Part shown: positions 11,263-22,170 of the stretch, in pieces | Position numbering within the stretch: position 1 is the stretch's first letter | Layout of the letters: the number at the start of each line of letters is the position of its first letter | Assembly: GCF_001194135.2 (NCBI RefSeq) | Contig: NC_068983.1 | Location: 102,443,855-102,496,490, forward strand | Origin: Octopus bimaculoides | Taxonomy: Eukaryota | DNA: 52,636 nt | Reading direction: 5' to 3' | Program-made: the position numbers and the translations under genes | Notes under the pieces: generated by a model | Databases searched by the model: none | What the model was told of the DNA's origin: nothing | What the model saw: the letters and a program-made list of their open reading frames with translations, nothing else

Positions 11263-12368
11263 TCTTTTACTTGTTTTGGTCATTTGACTGTGGCCATATT
11301 GGTGCTCCACCTTAAAGGGTTTTAGTTGAAGAAGTCAATCTCAGGATTTATTCTTTGTAAGCTTAGTATTTATTCTATTGGTCTCTCTAGCCAAACTGCT
11401 AAGTTATGGGGACATAAACACACCAGCATCACTTGTCAAGCAATGGCAGGGGAACAAACACAGATGCACACACACACATAAATACATGCATATATATATA
11501 TATATANNNNNNNNNNNNNNNNNNNNNNNNNNNNNNNNNNNNNNNNNNNNNNNNNNNNNNNNNNNNNNNNNNNNNNNNNNNNNNNNNNNNNNNNNNNNNN
11601 NNNNNNNNNNNNNNNNNNNNNNNNNNNNNNNNNNNNNNNNNNNNNNNNNNNNNNNNNNNNNNNNNNNNNNNNNNNNNNNNNNATATACATATATACAAGT
11701 GGTATTGGTATCTGGAAGACCCTGGATGGCAGGATAGGCTATGTAAGTGCTATGGAAGGACCGTAGTTAGACTCTCGGTTCGATAATAATATGAGTGAGG
11801 AGTCTAATGCGGGTCTTGTGTGAGCATGTATATGTTAAATAAAACGAGGCAACAATTTTTAGGACATTTATAAAGAGAAAGTTAGTCTTACAATTGTTTC
11901 TTGGATATTAGGGATATTCCTTCATCAGGGACGATATGAAATGGTTAAATAGAGGGAAATAGTGGAGTTCAATATAAGGAGTTATTTTGGAAAAAGGATG
12001 GATATAGGAAGTATAAAGGGAAATAAGAGAATAAAAGTAAAAATAAAGAGATATGTAGGATGTTACAGTTGCAATTCCATTATCCAAGGAAATTGCTGTG
12101 TAGAATGGGTAGAAATGCTTCTTGTCCATGGTATGTAAATCCTGATAGGAGTTCATATTTTGTTATTACAAATGGATATATATATATATATATATATAAA
12201 CAACTGGCTTCTTTCAGTTTCTGTCTACCAAATACACTCATAAGGCTTTGGTTGGCCTGAGGCTATAATACTATAGTAGAAGACACTTACCCAAGGCGCC
12301 ACACAGTGGGACTGAACCCAGAACCATGTGCTTGGGAAGCAAGCTTCTTACCACACAGCCATGCCTCA
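11263..12368 (-). mobile_element. SINE family B split at its internal (TA)n by an insertion (head 12200-12368, 3' half 11263-11506)
   Basis: Head GGCTGTGTGGTAAGAAGCTTGCTTCC..GGGTTCAGTCCC and 3' half TTTGTTCCCC..TTGACAAG..CAGTCAAATGAC..AAACAAGTAAAAG. Both halves are collinear with the intact copy at 33886. Confidence 0.8.
11885..11932 (-). ncRNA. Minimal type I hammerhead ribozyme-like motif (PLE/retrozyme type)
   Basis: Minus strand: GTCC CTGATGA A GGAATAT CCCTA ATATCC AA GAAAC AATT GTA AGAC. Core CUGAUGA/GAAA, stem II GG(A)AUAU/AUAUCC, palindromic stem III ACAAUUGU, a GUA site, and stem I GUC/GAC. Confidence 0.65.
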
Positions 12369-14274
12369 ATTCTTGTAGTTACTTTTTTTCTTTTTAGATG
12401 ATTAACCACTATAATTGACTACATTTAGAATATACTTAGATATAATTACAACAATTTTTAATGTAGTGTCTAGTGACTAAATGCTGTGAGTTGGAAATGA
12501 ATTATCTTTTGAGGATTAGTAAAATATATTGGAAACATTCTTTAGATCAGATACTTGGAGGTTACATAGTTTGTTTTGTTGGTAGATCAGAGAATGGGCA
12601 GAAGTATTGTTGTTGTTGTTATTGTTTAGCACCAAGTCAGCCTCAACTTAACAGATCTTGGCCAGCCTTGATCAACTTGTTATATTTTCAGATATACAAT
12701 ATCTGAGACTTTGATATCCAGTGTGTTGTTCTTTTTTATTAGGAATAACATACTTATTCTCTTTCTGTCTGCCTGTCTGTCTGTCCAACTATCCATCTGT
12801 TCACTCATCTCTCTCTCTCTTTCTCTGTGAGTATTCGAGCATTTTAATCCTGAAATTGTCATTGTTGTTGTTTTGATTTGTTAAAGATTTGGCTGTTATT
12901 TCTAGCAGGCAGAATGATGATGTAGAGTAGCATTTTCTGAGCTTATGCTAGTCCAGTACACTCTTTGAAGACAAGTCAAATTAGCAAATACCCTTCTTTA
13001 TGCTCGTCTTGTGAAATTCGAAGGTAGATGTATGATAAATTTGAAATTCCAGCAATTCCTGAAATGAATTTTAGTACCTTAGGTAAGTTGGGAAACACTA
13101 AAGTAGAAGCCTTTCCAGTTGTGAATGAGATCTAGAATTGGAATTTTGATGCAACAAAAAATTAGTGTCTTCTTGAAAATCACGAAACGGATAAAACCTC
13201 ATAAAACGAGAGACGGGCGGCTGAAACCTTAACCATTTGTTAATTAGATTTTTCAAATAAACAGTGAAACTAAATCAATATTTTCTCTCTCTCCCCACCT
13301 TTCTCTTTCTTTCACACTCTTTTCCTCTCTCTGTCTTTCAAAGATTTTACATTTTTCTTTTCCATTTCATGCACCCATTTCAAAGGATTTCTCAGAAAAT
13401 CAAACCAGACCAAGTCAAAAGTCAATAATATTCTAAGAATAATTTTAACATGTACCTACTTTCACACACACACACACACACACACAGAGAAAGAAAAGAA
13501 AGTAACGGGATTTAAAGAAAATCTTTTTCAAAGCTGTTGACAGGGGAAATATTCTGTAGAAAATGGAGGTCAGTTGTCAATACGGTTTTGATGTTTTAAA
13601 GATCTTAAACTACAAGTTAAGATTATCCAGCAGCAGCAACCATAGCAACAGCAGCAGTAAATGCAAATGTTTCCTTACAGAATATGCATTATTAGATTAA
13701 AATCAAGATTTTAAAAATTCGATGTCATATATCAGCTTAAAATAAAAATTATTTATCTAGACTGGTGAAACAAAACCTGTTTTAGGAAGGATATATTTAT
13801 CTTTTCCAAATATTGCATCTCACCAAAATGTTTTCTCTCTCTCTCTCACTCCCTTCTGTCTTTTTCTTAGTCTTTCTTGCTTTCTATTTCTTCCATTGTT
13901 TCTTTCTTTTCTTTCTTTTTCTCTTGCTCCCCTCACACTTACTCTTAACCATGCCTTATTTTATCATCATCATCGTCATCATCCTATAATTGATGGGCCA
14001 GCCTTTTAGGTGCTACTTTAGATGCTTTGGTAGTGAACAATTGCCATTGATTCTTGTCCAATAATTCTCAGAACAATTTCATCAAATACCTACTGTTACA
14101 CACACATCATGTGCTTAAAGACAATGGTGTTTGGGGCTGTTCAGTCTTGATGCTGTCAGACTGGGATTTTCTTTATTTGTCTCTTCTTTGCACACTGAAG
14201 AATAGCTTTGGACTGGGAGTTGTAGAGAGTTATATGACTGTACCAGATGAGCTTTCAATATTTCACTGTAGAAA

Positions 14275-14480
14275 GGCAGCGAGCTGGCAGAATTGGTAGC
14301 ACACCAGGCAAAATGCTTAACAGCATTTCGTCCGTCTTTATATTCTGAGTTCAACTTTGTGTCTCATCCTTTCAGGGTCAATAAAATATGTACCAGTTGA
14401 GCACTGGGGTTGATTCAACCGACTTACCCCCAACCCCCACCCCTGAAATTGCTGGTCTTATGCCAAAATCTGAAATCAAT
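14275..14480 (+). mobile_element. SINE family A (tail variant GAAATTGCTGGTCTTATGCCAAAATCTGAAATCAAT)
   Basis: Head AAGGCAGCGAGCTGGCAGAA and core CATCCTTTCAGGGTCAATAAAATATGTACCAG. Confidence 0.85.
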
Positions 14481-14757
14481 ATTTCACTATAGACAATCCT
14501 GCCTGCCATGCCAGTTATGTCTGCCAGCATATGTGGTGATTTGCTGCCTGACAAAGCTGTTTATTTGAGTTTTGTATGAGATTCACCATGCAGTGCAAAA
14601 TGAGCTTCTTAACCACACAGCTATCCTTGCACCTTCTTAAAATCTTTGTCTGCTCAGGACAATATTAGCTGCTGTTTTCTGGATGTGGCTGCTGATCAGA
14701 ATCTTACTCTTTTTCTGAACTGAGCCCCATTCTGTTTGCTCCTGACATGCTTTTCAG

Positions 14758-14832
14758 TTTAGTGGTGAGTTCTACTTTGCTGCTTTTCGCTATGTTGATA
14801 TTCTCAGTTTGCTGAGAAGCAGTTGCTCATTG
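14758..14832 (+). CDS. Candidate 75-nt symmetric exon (FSGEFYFAAFRYVDILSLLRSSCSL)
   Basis: Branch-like CTGAC at 14742, acceptor CTTTTCAG, and a perfect donor TG|GTAAGT at 14833. Only frame 0 is open. No homology recognised. Confidence 0.5.
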
Positions 14833-15319
14833 GTAAGTGGAGGTATGAATATCACGTAGTGACTTTTGAAGGCTGTTTTCCAGAAAGATATAGAAAACAA
14901 AACCATTGGAGAGAAGTGTGTGTGTGTATGTGTGTGTGTGTGCATGCTAGTGTGTTTGAGATTCTGCACTTAAGGATTTATTTGATAATGTACACTGTTC
15001 TCTTTCTCTTGTCACTCAGTTCCTATTTCAATTTCTTCTTCTAATTGATAAATGGTATCCCCCAAAATGTCAGATAACTTTGGTTTCTTCATTTGAGGTA
15101 CATTGAGCTTCATTGTGCACTTCTTTGTTTGTTCTTCAAATTTTACTCGTGTTATTCATGTGATTTTTCAGTTATATCATCATCATCATCATCATCCTTT
15201 AATGCCTGTTTTCCATGCTGGCATGGGTTGGACTATAATATACTACAATATATCATCATCATCATCATCGTCATCATCATCATGATCATCATCATCATGA
15301 TCATCATCATCACCATCAT

Positions 15320-16826
15320 CATTTAATGTCTGTTGTCCATGCTGGCATGGGTTGGATGGTTTGTCTGGGCTGGCATGCTGGAAGGATGCACGAGACTCTA
15401 GTCTGATTTGGCATGGTTTCTATCACTGAATGACCTTCCTAACACCAACCACTCCAAGAGTGTAATGGGTGCTTTTACATGCCACCAGCACAAGTGCCAT
15501 TTGCATGACATCAGGGTGCTTTTATGTGCCACTGGCATGGGTGCCAATTTGCATGACACTGGTATCTGCCATGGCTGCAATTTTGCTCAGCTTAATAGGT
15601 TTTGTTCTCAAGCGTGCCATAATGCCAAAGGTCTCATTCATTGCTTCCCAACACTCAAAAGGAACTCAGCCACTTTGCCTCTGTGAGATCCAGCACTTGA
15701 AAGAAACTCAGTCACTTTGCCTCCGTGAAACTTAACACTTGAAAGGTGTTCTTTACATGCCACCAGCACGGGTGCACTTGGCTTGGCAGTTCTTCTCGGT
15801 TTGAATATCACCAAAGCTTTCAGTTACAATCATTTCCCCTGTGAGGCTCAAAGTTCGAAGGTCATGCTTCACCACCTCGTTCCATATCTTCCGGGATCTA
15901 CCTCTACCACAGGTTCCCTCCACAGTTAGAGATTGGCACTTCTTTAACAGCTGTCCTCGTCCATATGCATCACATNNNNNNNNNNACAGCTGTCCTCGTC
16001 CATATGCATCACATGACCATACCAGTGCAGTCGTCTCTCTTGCACACCACATCTGATGCCTCTTATACCTAACTTTTTTCTCAAGATGCTTACACTCTTT
16101 TGTACATGCACACTGACATTGCACATCCAATGAAGCACACTGACTTCATTTCTTTCAAGCCTATGCATGTCCTTGGCTGTCACAGCCCATGTTCTACTGC
16201 CATGCAACATAGCTGTTCATGCACAGGCATCAAACAATCTGCCTCTCACTCTGAGAGAGAGACCCTTTGTTGCCAGCAGGGGTAGGAGCTCTCTGAACTC
16301 TGCCCATCCTAATCTTTTCAGTTTAGTGGTGAGTTCTACTTTGCTGCTTTTCGCTATGTTGATATTCTCAGCTTGCTGAGAAGCAGTTGCTCATTGGTAA
16401 GTGGAGGTATGAATATCACGTAGTGACTTTTGAAGGCTGTTTTCCAGAAAGATATAGAAAACAAAACCATTGGAGAGAAGTGTGTGTGTGTGTGTGTGTG
16501 TGCATGCTAGTGTGTTTATGTTGCAAAAAATCTGGTTATAAGATTCTGCACTTAAGGATTTATTTGATAATGTACACCTCCACAACTAATTTCGTAACAG
16601 AAGTTATCTACTCCCTCTAGCTTGATCCCCTGGCAGTTGATGGAGTCTGTTTTCTGCTCATTTTCAGCATTTATTGTACTTGTGCATCTTCCGCATACAA
16701 AAGCTAGTTTCCCCGCTACCCTTCCTCTGATATTGCTTTTGTGTCCAGAGCTTACACTGGTTGCATCTTTATGGAATTTCTACCTATACCTTTTCTACAC
16801 ATTGAGCAGGGCGATCTGCCTGAAGG
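15320..16826 (-). mobile_element. RTE LINE 3' portion, interrupted at 16314-16577 by a copy of nearby host DNA
   Basis: Minus-strand motifs MLHGSRTWAVTAKDMHRLERNEVSVLHWMC, RRLHWYGHVMHMDEDSC and VEGTCGRGRSRKIWNEVVKHDL. The Cys-rich region resumes at 16578-16826. 3' UTR and (GAT)n tail at 15320-15740. Confidence 0.88.
16322..16396 (+). CDS. Duplicate of the candidate exon at 14758-14832, inside the RTE relic
   Basis: 74/75 identical, with one AGT to AGC synonymous change. Both splice sites are retained. Confidence 0.35.
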
Positions 16827-16868
16827 GATTTATGTGTGTGTGTGTATGTGTGTATATGTATATATATA

Positions 16869-16899
<31 letters not shown>

Positions 16900-17181
16900 C
16901 ATAATATATGGATTCATAGAATCATGTGGCTTTCACAGAAAGCTTCTCAATGGACTTGGCTTGCAGACAACCTAGTAATTCAATATAGAAGAGTATAGTG
17001 CAAAGTTCTATGCAGCTGAAATCTAGGAGATTTGATAGATGAAGTTATCTTCTGAGAAGTATATAGACTATGAATAGTCAGGAGGTATGGGAGGTGAATA
17101 TATTTATTTAACCAGTTGACATCCTTAGGATAACAGCCATTTTGCAGCCTTATTCATGTAATAATAATTTCAATGTATACA

Positions 17182-17400
17182 AGGCGACGAGCTGGCAGAA
17201 ATGTAAGCATTCTGGGCGAAATGCTTAGCGGTATTTCGTCTGTCTTTACATTCTAAGTTCAAATCCCGCCAAGGTCAACTTTACCTTTCATCCTTTTGGG
17301 GGTTGATAAATTAAGTACCAGTTGTCTTCTGGGGTCAATCTAATCGACTGCCCCCGCTCCCCAAAATTTCGGGCCTTGTACCTAGAGTAGAAAAGAATAA
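17182..17400 (+). mobile_element. SINE family A, full length
   Basis: AAGGCGACGAGCTGGCAGAA head, core, and tail AAAATTTCGGGCCTTGTACCTAGAGTAGAAAAG. Confidence 0.88.
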
Positions 17401-17412
17401 TTTCAGTGTATA

Positions 17413-18736
17413 TGAGGGGGTGCCCAAAAATAACTGGAAACATTTTCTGTGGGACAAGCCTGTTGTAGTTCTGGCTTGAACCACTAGAAGACACTTAATG
17501 CAACCCTCAGACATCAGTGTGTCAGCTGGTGGTATTGAGTGAAGTTGTACTGTGATGTGGTGCATCTTTGTTTTCACTGCTTCTACCTTGATCATCGATT
17601 TTTACTATGGCTGAAATAAAGGAACAGCATGCTTCCAGGAAATTCTGGTTTCTGCTGGGGGTAAATGGTGGCCGAAACAGTTGTCATGCTTCAGACAGCT
17701 TAGAAAGATGCTGCCATAAGCAAAACACAAGTTTACAAGTAATTTTAATGCTTTTGCAATGGTCACTCGTCACTTGAAGACCCACCCTCATTCAGAGTGA
17801 CTGTCGACCTCTCAATCGAATGCAAACATCACAAATATTCATGAAGTGATCTTAGAGGACCATCATAGTAGAACAACTAATGAACTTATTGATATGACTG
17901 GTGTGTCCTGGAGCTCCTGCCAACGAATTTTGAGTGAGGAATTGCAAATGAAAAGAGCTGCAACAAAATTTCTGCCTCTCTTGCTCATGGAAGATCAAAA
18001 GCAGTCATGACTGAATGCATGTCGTGAACTAAAAGAACAGTTGGAAGTTGATCTGAATCTTTTTCGAAAGTCATCACTGGTAAAGAAAGGTGTTGCTATG
18101 GCTACAACTCAGAAATGAAGCAGCAATCAGGTCATAAGAAGTGTTCAATTTCACCATGCGCCAAAAAGCACATCAAGTGAAGTCCAATGTCAAGAAAATG
18201 CTGATTTGTTTCATCGATGTGAAAGGAATTGTCCACACAGAATCTGTTCCTCCTGGTCAAACTGCTAACCAGACATTTTACTTGGTAGTTCTGAAGCATT
18301 CATGAGACATGGTGAGATGAAAACATCCTGACCTGTGGTAAAGTGCAGAGTGGTGGTTTCATCACAACAATGTGCCAGTACACACTGCCTTGAGTATGAG
18401 ACAGTTTTTGCCAAAAATGGCATGACCTTGCTCATCCACTCTCCCTATTTGCCCAGTCTTGCTCCCTATGGCTTTTTTCTGTTCCCCTGAATGAAAGAAA
18501 GTCCTTAAAGAAAAACGCTTTATAGATGTCGAAGAGGAAAAGAAGAAAACGATGGAGGCATTAAAAGGCATCACTTCACAAGAGTTTCAGGACGGCTTCA
18601 AACAGAGGAAAATGTATCAGGACCGATGCATTGTTTCAAATGGAGAATACTTTGAAGGCGATAAAAGTGTAAACATATAAAACTAAGTGAATAAAATAAT
18701 ATTGCAAAATTCCGGTTTCTTTTGGATACCCCCTCA
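17413..18736 (+). mobile_element. Full-length (1324 bp) decayed mariner transposon
   Basis: TA flanks at 17411-12 and 18737-38. Imperfect TIRs TGAGGGGGTGCCCAAAAATAACTGGAA / TGAGGGGGTATCCAAAAGAAACCGGAA. Contains a transposase relic. Confidence 0.92.
17607..18680 (+). pseudogene. mariner (DD34D-type) transposase pseudogene
   Basis: Pieces read MAEIKEQHASRKFWFLLG, ETVVMLQTA*KDAAISKTQVYK, ITGKERCCYGYNSEMKQQS, WWFHHNNVPVHT, PSLAPYGFFLFP and RCIVSNGEYFEGD. Stops, frameshifts and mutated catalytic Asp residues are present. Confidence 0.9.
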
Positions 18737-19045
18737 TAATACATTAGGTTTACATGTCTCATTAATATGCATGCTACATATAAAATGCAATTGTATGTTC
18801 ACAAATAAATAAATAAGTAGATAAATTTAACACCTAACTTAAATTTTTATCTTTTGAATAAATAAATTGATATNNNNNNNNNNNNNNNNNNNNNNNNNNN
18901 NNNNNNNNNNNNNNNNNNNNNNNNNNNNNNNNNNNNNNNNNNNNNNNNNNNNNNNNNNNNNNNNNNNNNNNNNNNNNNNNNNNNNNNNNNNNNNNNNNNN
19001 NNNNNNNNNNNNNNNNNNNNNNNNNNNNNNNNNNNNTATATATAT

Positions 19046-19076
19046 AGATAGATAGATAGATAGATAGATAGGTAGG

Positions 19077-19152
<76 letters not shown>
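19046..19152. repeat. (GATA)n microsatellite
   Basis: Read directly; lies next to an N-gap. Confidence 0.97.
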
Positions 19153-19155
<3 letters not shown>

Positions 19156-19439
19156 ATAAATTTGCACAAGTTCTCCTGAAAGCATCACCTGATTTTGATG
19201 AAAATTAGCAATCCAGTGGTATTAATTCATTAATCATTGCTGTTTTCACACTTTGTCAAATTGCACTTAAAATCAATAAAGAATTTTTCATTTTTATATT
19301 GTGTTTTTCAGATTATTCAACATGGTACTTCATCATAACCAGAAAAACAAAGAATCATAGCTATTAAATGTTTCTAGCAATAGGGCTCTGAAGGTGCAAA
19401 AGAAAATCAACTTTGAATGTTTATTTAATTATTATTTTA

Positions 19440-19880
19440 ATTACACATGGAAGACCATCAAAGCTCTGATTGCTACATCTTTGGTGATGGCTCTCATTGA
19501 TTTTCCAGATTCATCATCAAAAAAAATTTAAGCCTGTTGGATGAATTAAAGTGTCCTTATAGTGTCAGAATGTTTAGAAGGTTTTTTTTCTCTTTGATAC
19601 AGTTGAAGCATTCCCACCAGAGGTTTCCATTTTCATCTGAACTTTCTGTACAAAAAAAAACAAAACAAAACAATTGCAACATTTAGAGAGTTGGCAATTT
19701 CTAAATTGCTGTGTTCCACACACATGGCAAGAGTAACTGCATATTTTTGCCTTTCGTTTGCTTGCATTGCATCTGCCATTGAGGATTTGAAAGAAATAAA
19801 AACCTTTCAGTTGGTTTGAAGAGATTAATATCTCTTCAAACCAACTGAATTAAATGTCCTCAAATACACCTCAGACGCTG
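19440..19880 (-). mobile_element. Tc1/mariner-superfamily element, 5' end fragment (same family as 46745-47237)
   Basis: Terminus TA|CAGCGTCTGAGGTGTATTTGAGGACA. Minus-strand peptides AVTLAMCVEHSNLEIANSLNVA, VSKRKKPSKHSDTIRT and GKSMRAITKD parallel the 46709-47161 ORF. Confidence 0.75.
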
Positions 19881-20025
19881 TATATATTCTGCATGTACAT
19901 ATATGTATGTATACATGCATATGCTCATATATCATTTGTATTATTATATTATCGAACGTCACGCGTCCATTTGCAAGTATGGCCGCGGTCAAATGACTGA
20001 AACAAGTAAAAAACGATAAAAGAAG

Positions 20026-20057
<32 letters not shown>

Positions 20058-20069
20058 TAGGGAAGACCA

Positions 20070-20141
20070 GTTTATGGGTTTACCTTAGGTTTTCCATCCA
20101 TAAAGGGTTTAACTTTATGGCATATCATCAGATCCCAAAAC
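20070..20141 (-). ncRNA. Type I hammerhead ribozyme-like motif with long stems I and II
   Basis: Minus strand: GTTTTGGGAT CTGATGA TATG CCATAAAG TTAAACC CTTTATGG ATG GAAAA CC TAA GG TA AACCCATAAAC. Stem II has 8 perfect bp, stem III is CC/GG, and the site is GUA. There is one extra A in the GAAA run. Confidence 0.65.
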
Positions 20142-20289
20142 CTTTTGGCCCAAGGCCTCTTAAAAATATAAAAGAGGAAATGCCTCACTAGTCAAAGGTA
20201 ATAATGGGGATTATCTCCCTTAGCTATCAGCTATTGACTTCTGGCTGTGCTGCCATCTTGTGGGCTCCAAAAGGCTAGTAAGAACCTCT

Positions 20290-20480
20290 TGCAATGTAAA
20301 TCTCCGTTTCTTCCAGCCAAGAGATTTTCGATGCAGCAGTCTCTTACTGGCTGCCAGCGGATTTAGGGACCACATCTCCTATGTGCCAACAACTGCAGAA
20401 GGAAGCGCCATTGAAATACCATTTGGTTCCCCCCCCCACCTCTCTTAACACAAAATGCCAGTAGGTAGAATATTAAGACT
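20290..20480 (+). pseudogene. Penelope-like RT C-terminal (thumb/linker) fragment
   Basis: Pieced translation ISV..SQEIFDAAVSY / LAASGFRDHISYVPTTAEG / IWF.PP.SLN, homologous to 25925-26390. Confidence 0.65.
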
Positions 20481-20569
20481 TGCCATACTGAGTGTAAAAC
20501 AACAATTGAAAGTTGCTGGAAGGATAACGCAACTACAGTGCCCCTGTGGCAGCCATTCAAAACTTAGAA

Positions 20570-20855
20570 AACTCCACCACTAACCACTAACCTCGATGAC
20601 CTTAAACATCGAATAACAACAGCGATCAACTTAGTGGATTGTGATATGCTGATACGCATCTGGGAGGAATTCTCTTATCACAGTGATGTTGCCCTTGCTG
20701 CAGGTGGTGGCCACATTGAACACTTGTGAGACAGGAAATAAAAGTTGATTGTGAGTAAATACTTGTGACTTAGCTGGAGTTTTGGAGTTTTCTATTGCTT
20801 TTCCTTATTAAAATATTGCGTAATGAAATCGGTTCATTCTTTTTGAATAACACTG
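20570..20855 (+). mobile_element. Tc1/mariner-superfamily element, 3' end
   Basis: TNLDDLKHRITTAINLVDCDMLIRIWEEFSYHSDVALAAGGGHIEHL* followed by the terminus TTCTTTTTGAATAACACTG|TA. Confidence 0.75.
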
Positions 20856-20945
20856 TATATATGGATAGCTAGATAGAGGTTCCCTACAGCAGAAGTGTTT
20901 AGGCCACTCCACCTGATGAAGTGGATTGGCCTGCAATGGATCTGT

Positions 20946-21630
20946 GTTGGTGCCATGTTAAAAACACCCAGCACACTCTGTAAAATGGTTGGTGTTAGGA
21001 AGGGCACCCAGCTATAGAAACCAAACCAAATCAGACTGGAACCTGGTGCAGTTCTACTTGCCAGCACATGCCAAACTGTCCAACCTTTGAGCTGCCTTTT
21101 CATCTTGGGGAAGAAATGGAAGTTCACAGGTGCTAAATCTGGTTAAAAGGGTGGGTATGGCAGCAATACCATGTGGTTTTTTGCAAGAAGCTCATGAGTG
21201 AAGAAAGCTTGGAGACAGGGGGCATTATTGTTGTGAAGAATCCAACTCTTCCACAGATTCAATTGTTTTTGCCAAATGTTCTCCCTAAAATGCTTCAAAA
21301 CATTTCATTAAAACTCTCAATTGATGGTCTAGCCCTGGGGGGTGAATTCTCGATGCACAATACTGCACTTTCAGGGATGATGCATGTGGTAGGTCTTCCA
21401 GATTGTGCATCATCTTCCAGGGATATTCTTCCAGGGATATTCTTCCAGGGATATTTTTCCACTTTCAAAGCACCCATGCTACTCCAAACACTACGTGTGA
21501 CCCATTGCTTCATTGCTGTAAGCTTACTGAAGTATGCTCAATGTCTCTGTAGCAGACTTCCCAAGTTTAAATGCAACAGTCCTCAGTCAAACCATCTAAC
21601 CCATGCCAGCATGGAAAGCGGACGTTAAAC

Positions 21631-21662
<32 letters not shown>
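20946..21662 (+). mobile_element. RTE-type 3' tail element split around a mariner fragment
   Basis: 20946-21082 reads GGTGTTAGGAAGGGCACCCAGCTATAGAAACC...CAAACTGTCCAACC. 21580-21662 reads CAAACCATCTAACCCATGCCAGCATGGAAAGCGGACGTTAAACG(ATG)n. Confidence 0.7.
21083..21560 (-). pseudogene. Internally deleted mariner transposase fragment
   Basis: Minus strand reads GRISLEDDAQSGRPT, SWILHNNNAP and LLPYPPF*PDLAPVNFHFFPKMKRQLKG. Confidence 0.8.
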
Positions 21663-21663
<1 letters not shown>

Positions 21664-22119
21664 ATATATATATATATATAAACTACATATGTATATATAT
21701 ATATATAGACACAAAAAAATGGCACACAGACACACATGTAGAGAGAGAGAGAGAAAGAGGAAGAGAGAGAGAGAGAGGAAGAAAGAGGAAGAGAGAGGAA
21801 GAGAGAGAGAAAGACACTGCTGACATTATGTTATGCTGTATAAAGTGCATAAAGCTACTTGCACCAGTAAGTTTGACTGACAGACATCAGTTTACATTCA
21901 AACTTCATGATTGAATAGTTAGTGGTAGAACAAGTAAGAACTAGAAAAAAGTAAAATAAAAATAAAATAAAAAAGAAAAAAGTAAATAAATTAAAAAAAT
22001 TCTCCATCAACTTGGAAGCACAAGAAAATCATAGTATTGTTACAGAGAAATGTAATGGTAAACAAAGGAACAAACATTATTCACTTAGTAATCTTGTTTA
22101 CATACCTTAATACATATAC

Positions 22120-22170
<51 letters not shown>

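Noticed and set aside
12950-13090. AG|GTAAGT donor at about 13083
   Set aside because: There is no convincing acceptor upstream to define an exon, and the region adjoins a dispersed repeat.
15930-16020. Direct repeat ACAGCTGTCCTCGTCCATATGCATCACAT on both sides of a 10-N gap
   Set aside because: This is a typical contig-overlap artefact at a scaffold gap.
19509-19572. Apparent acceptor plus open frame (FIIKKNLSLLDELKCPYSVRMFR) as a host exon
   Set aside because: It lies antisense within a Tc1-like transposase relic and has no credible donor.
21173-21628. 151-aa plus-strand ORF as a gene
   Set aside because: It is the antisense reading of a mariner transposase fragment running into an RTE tail.
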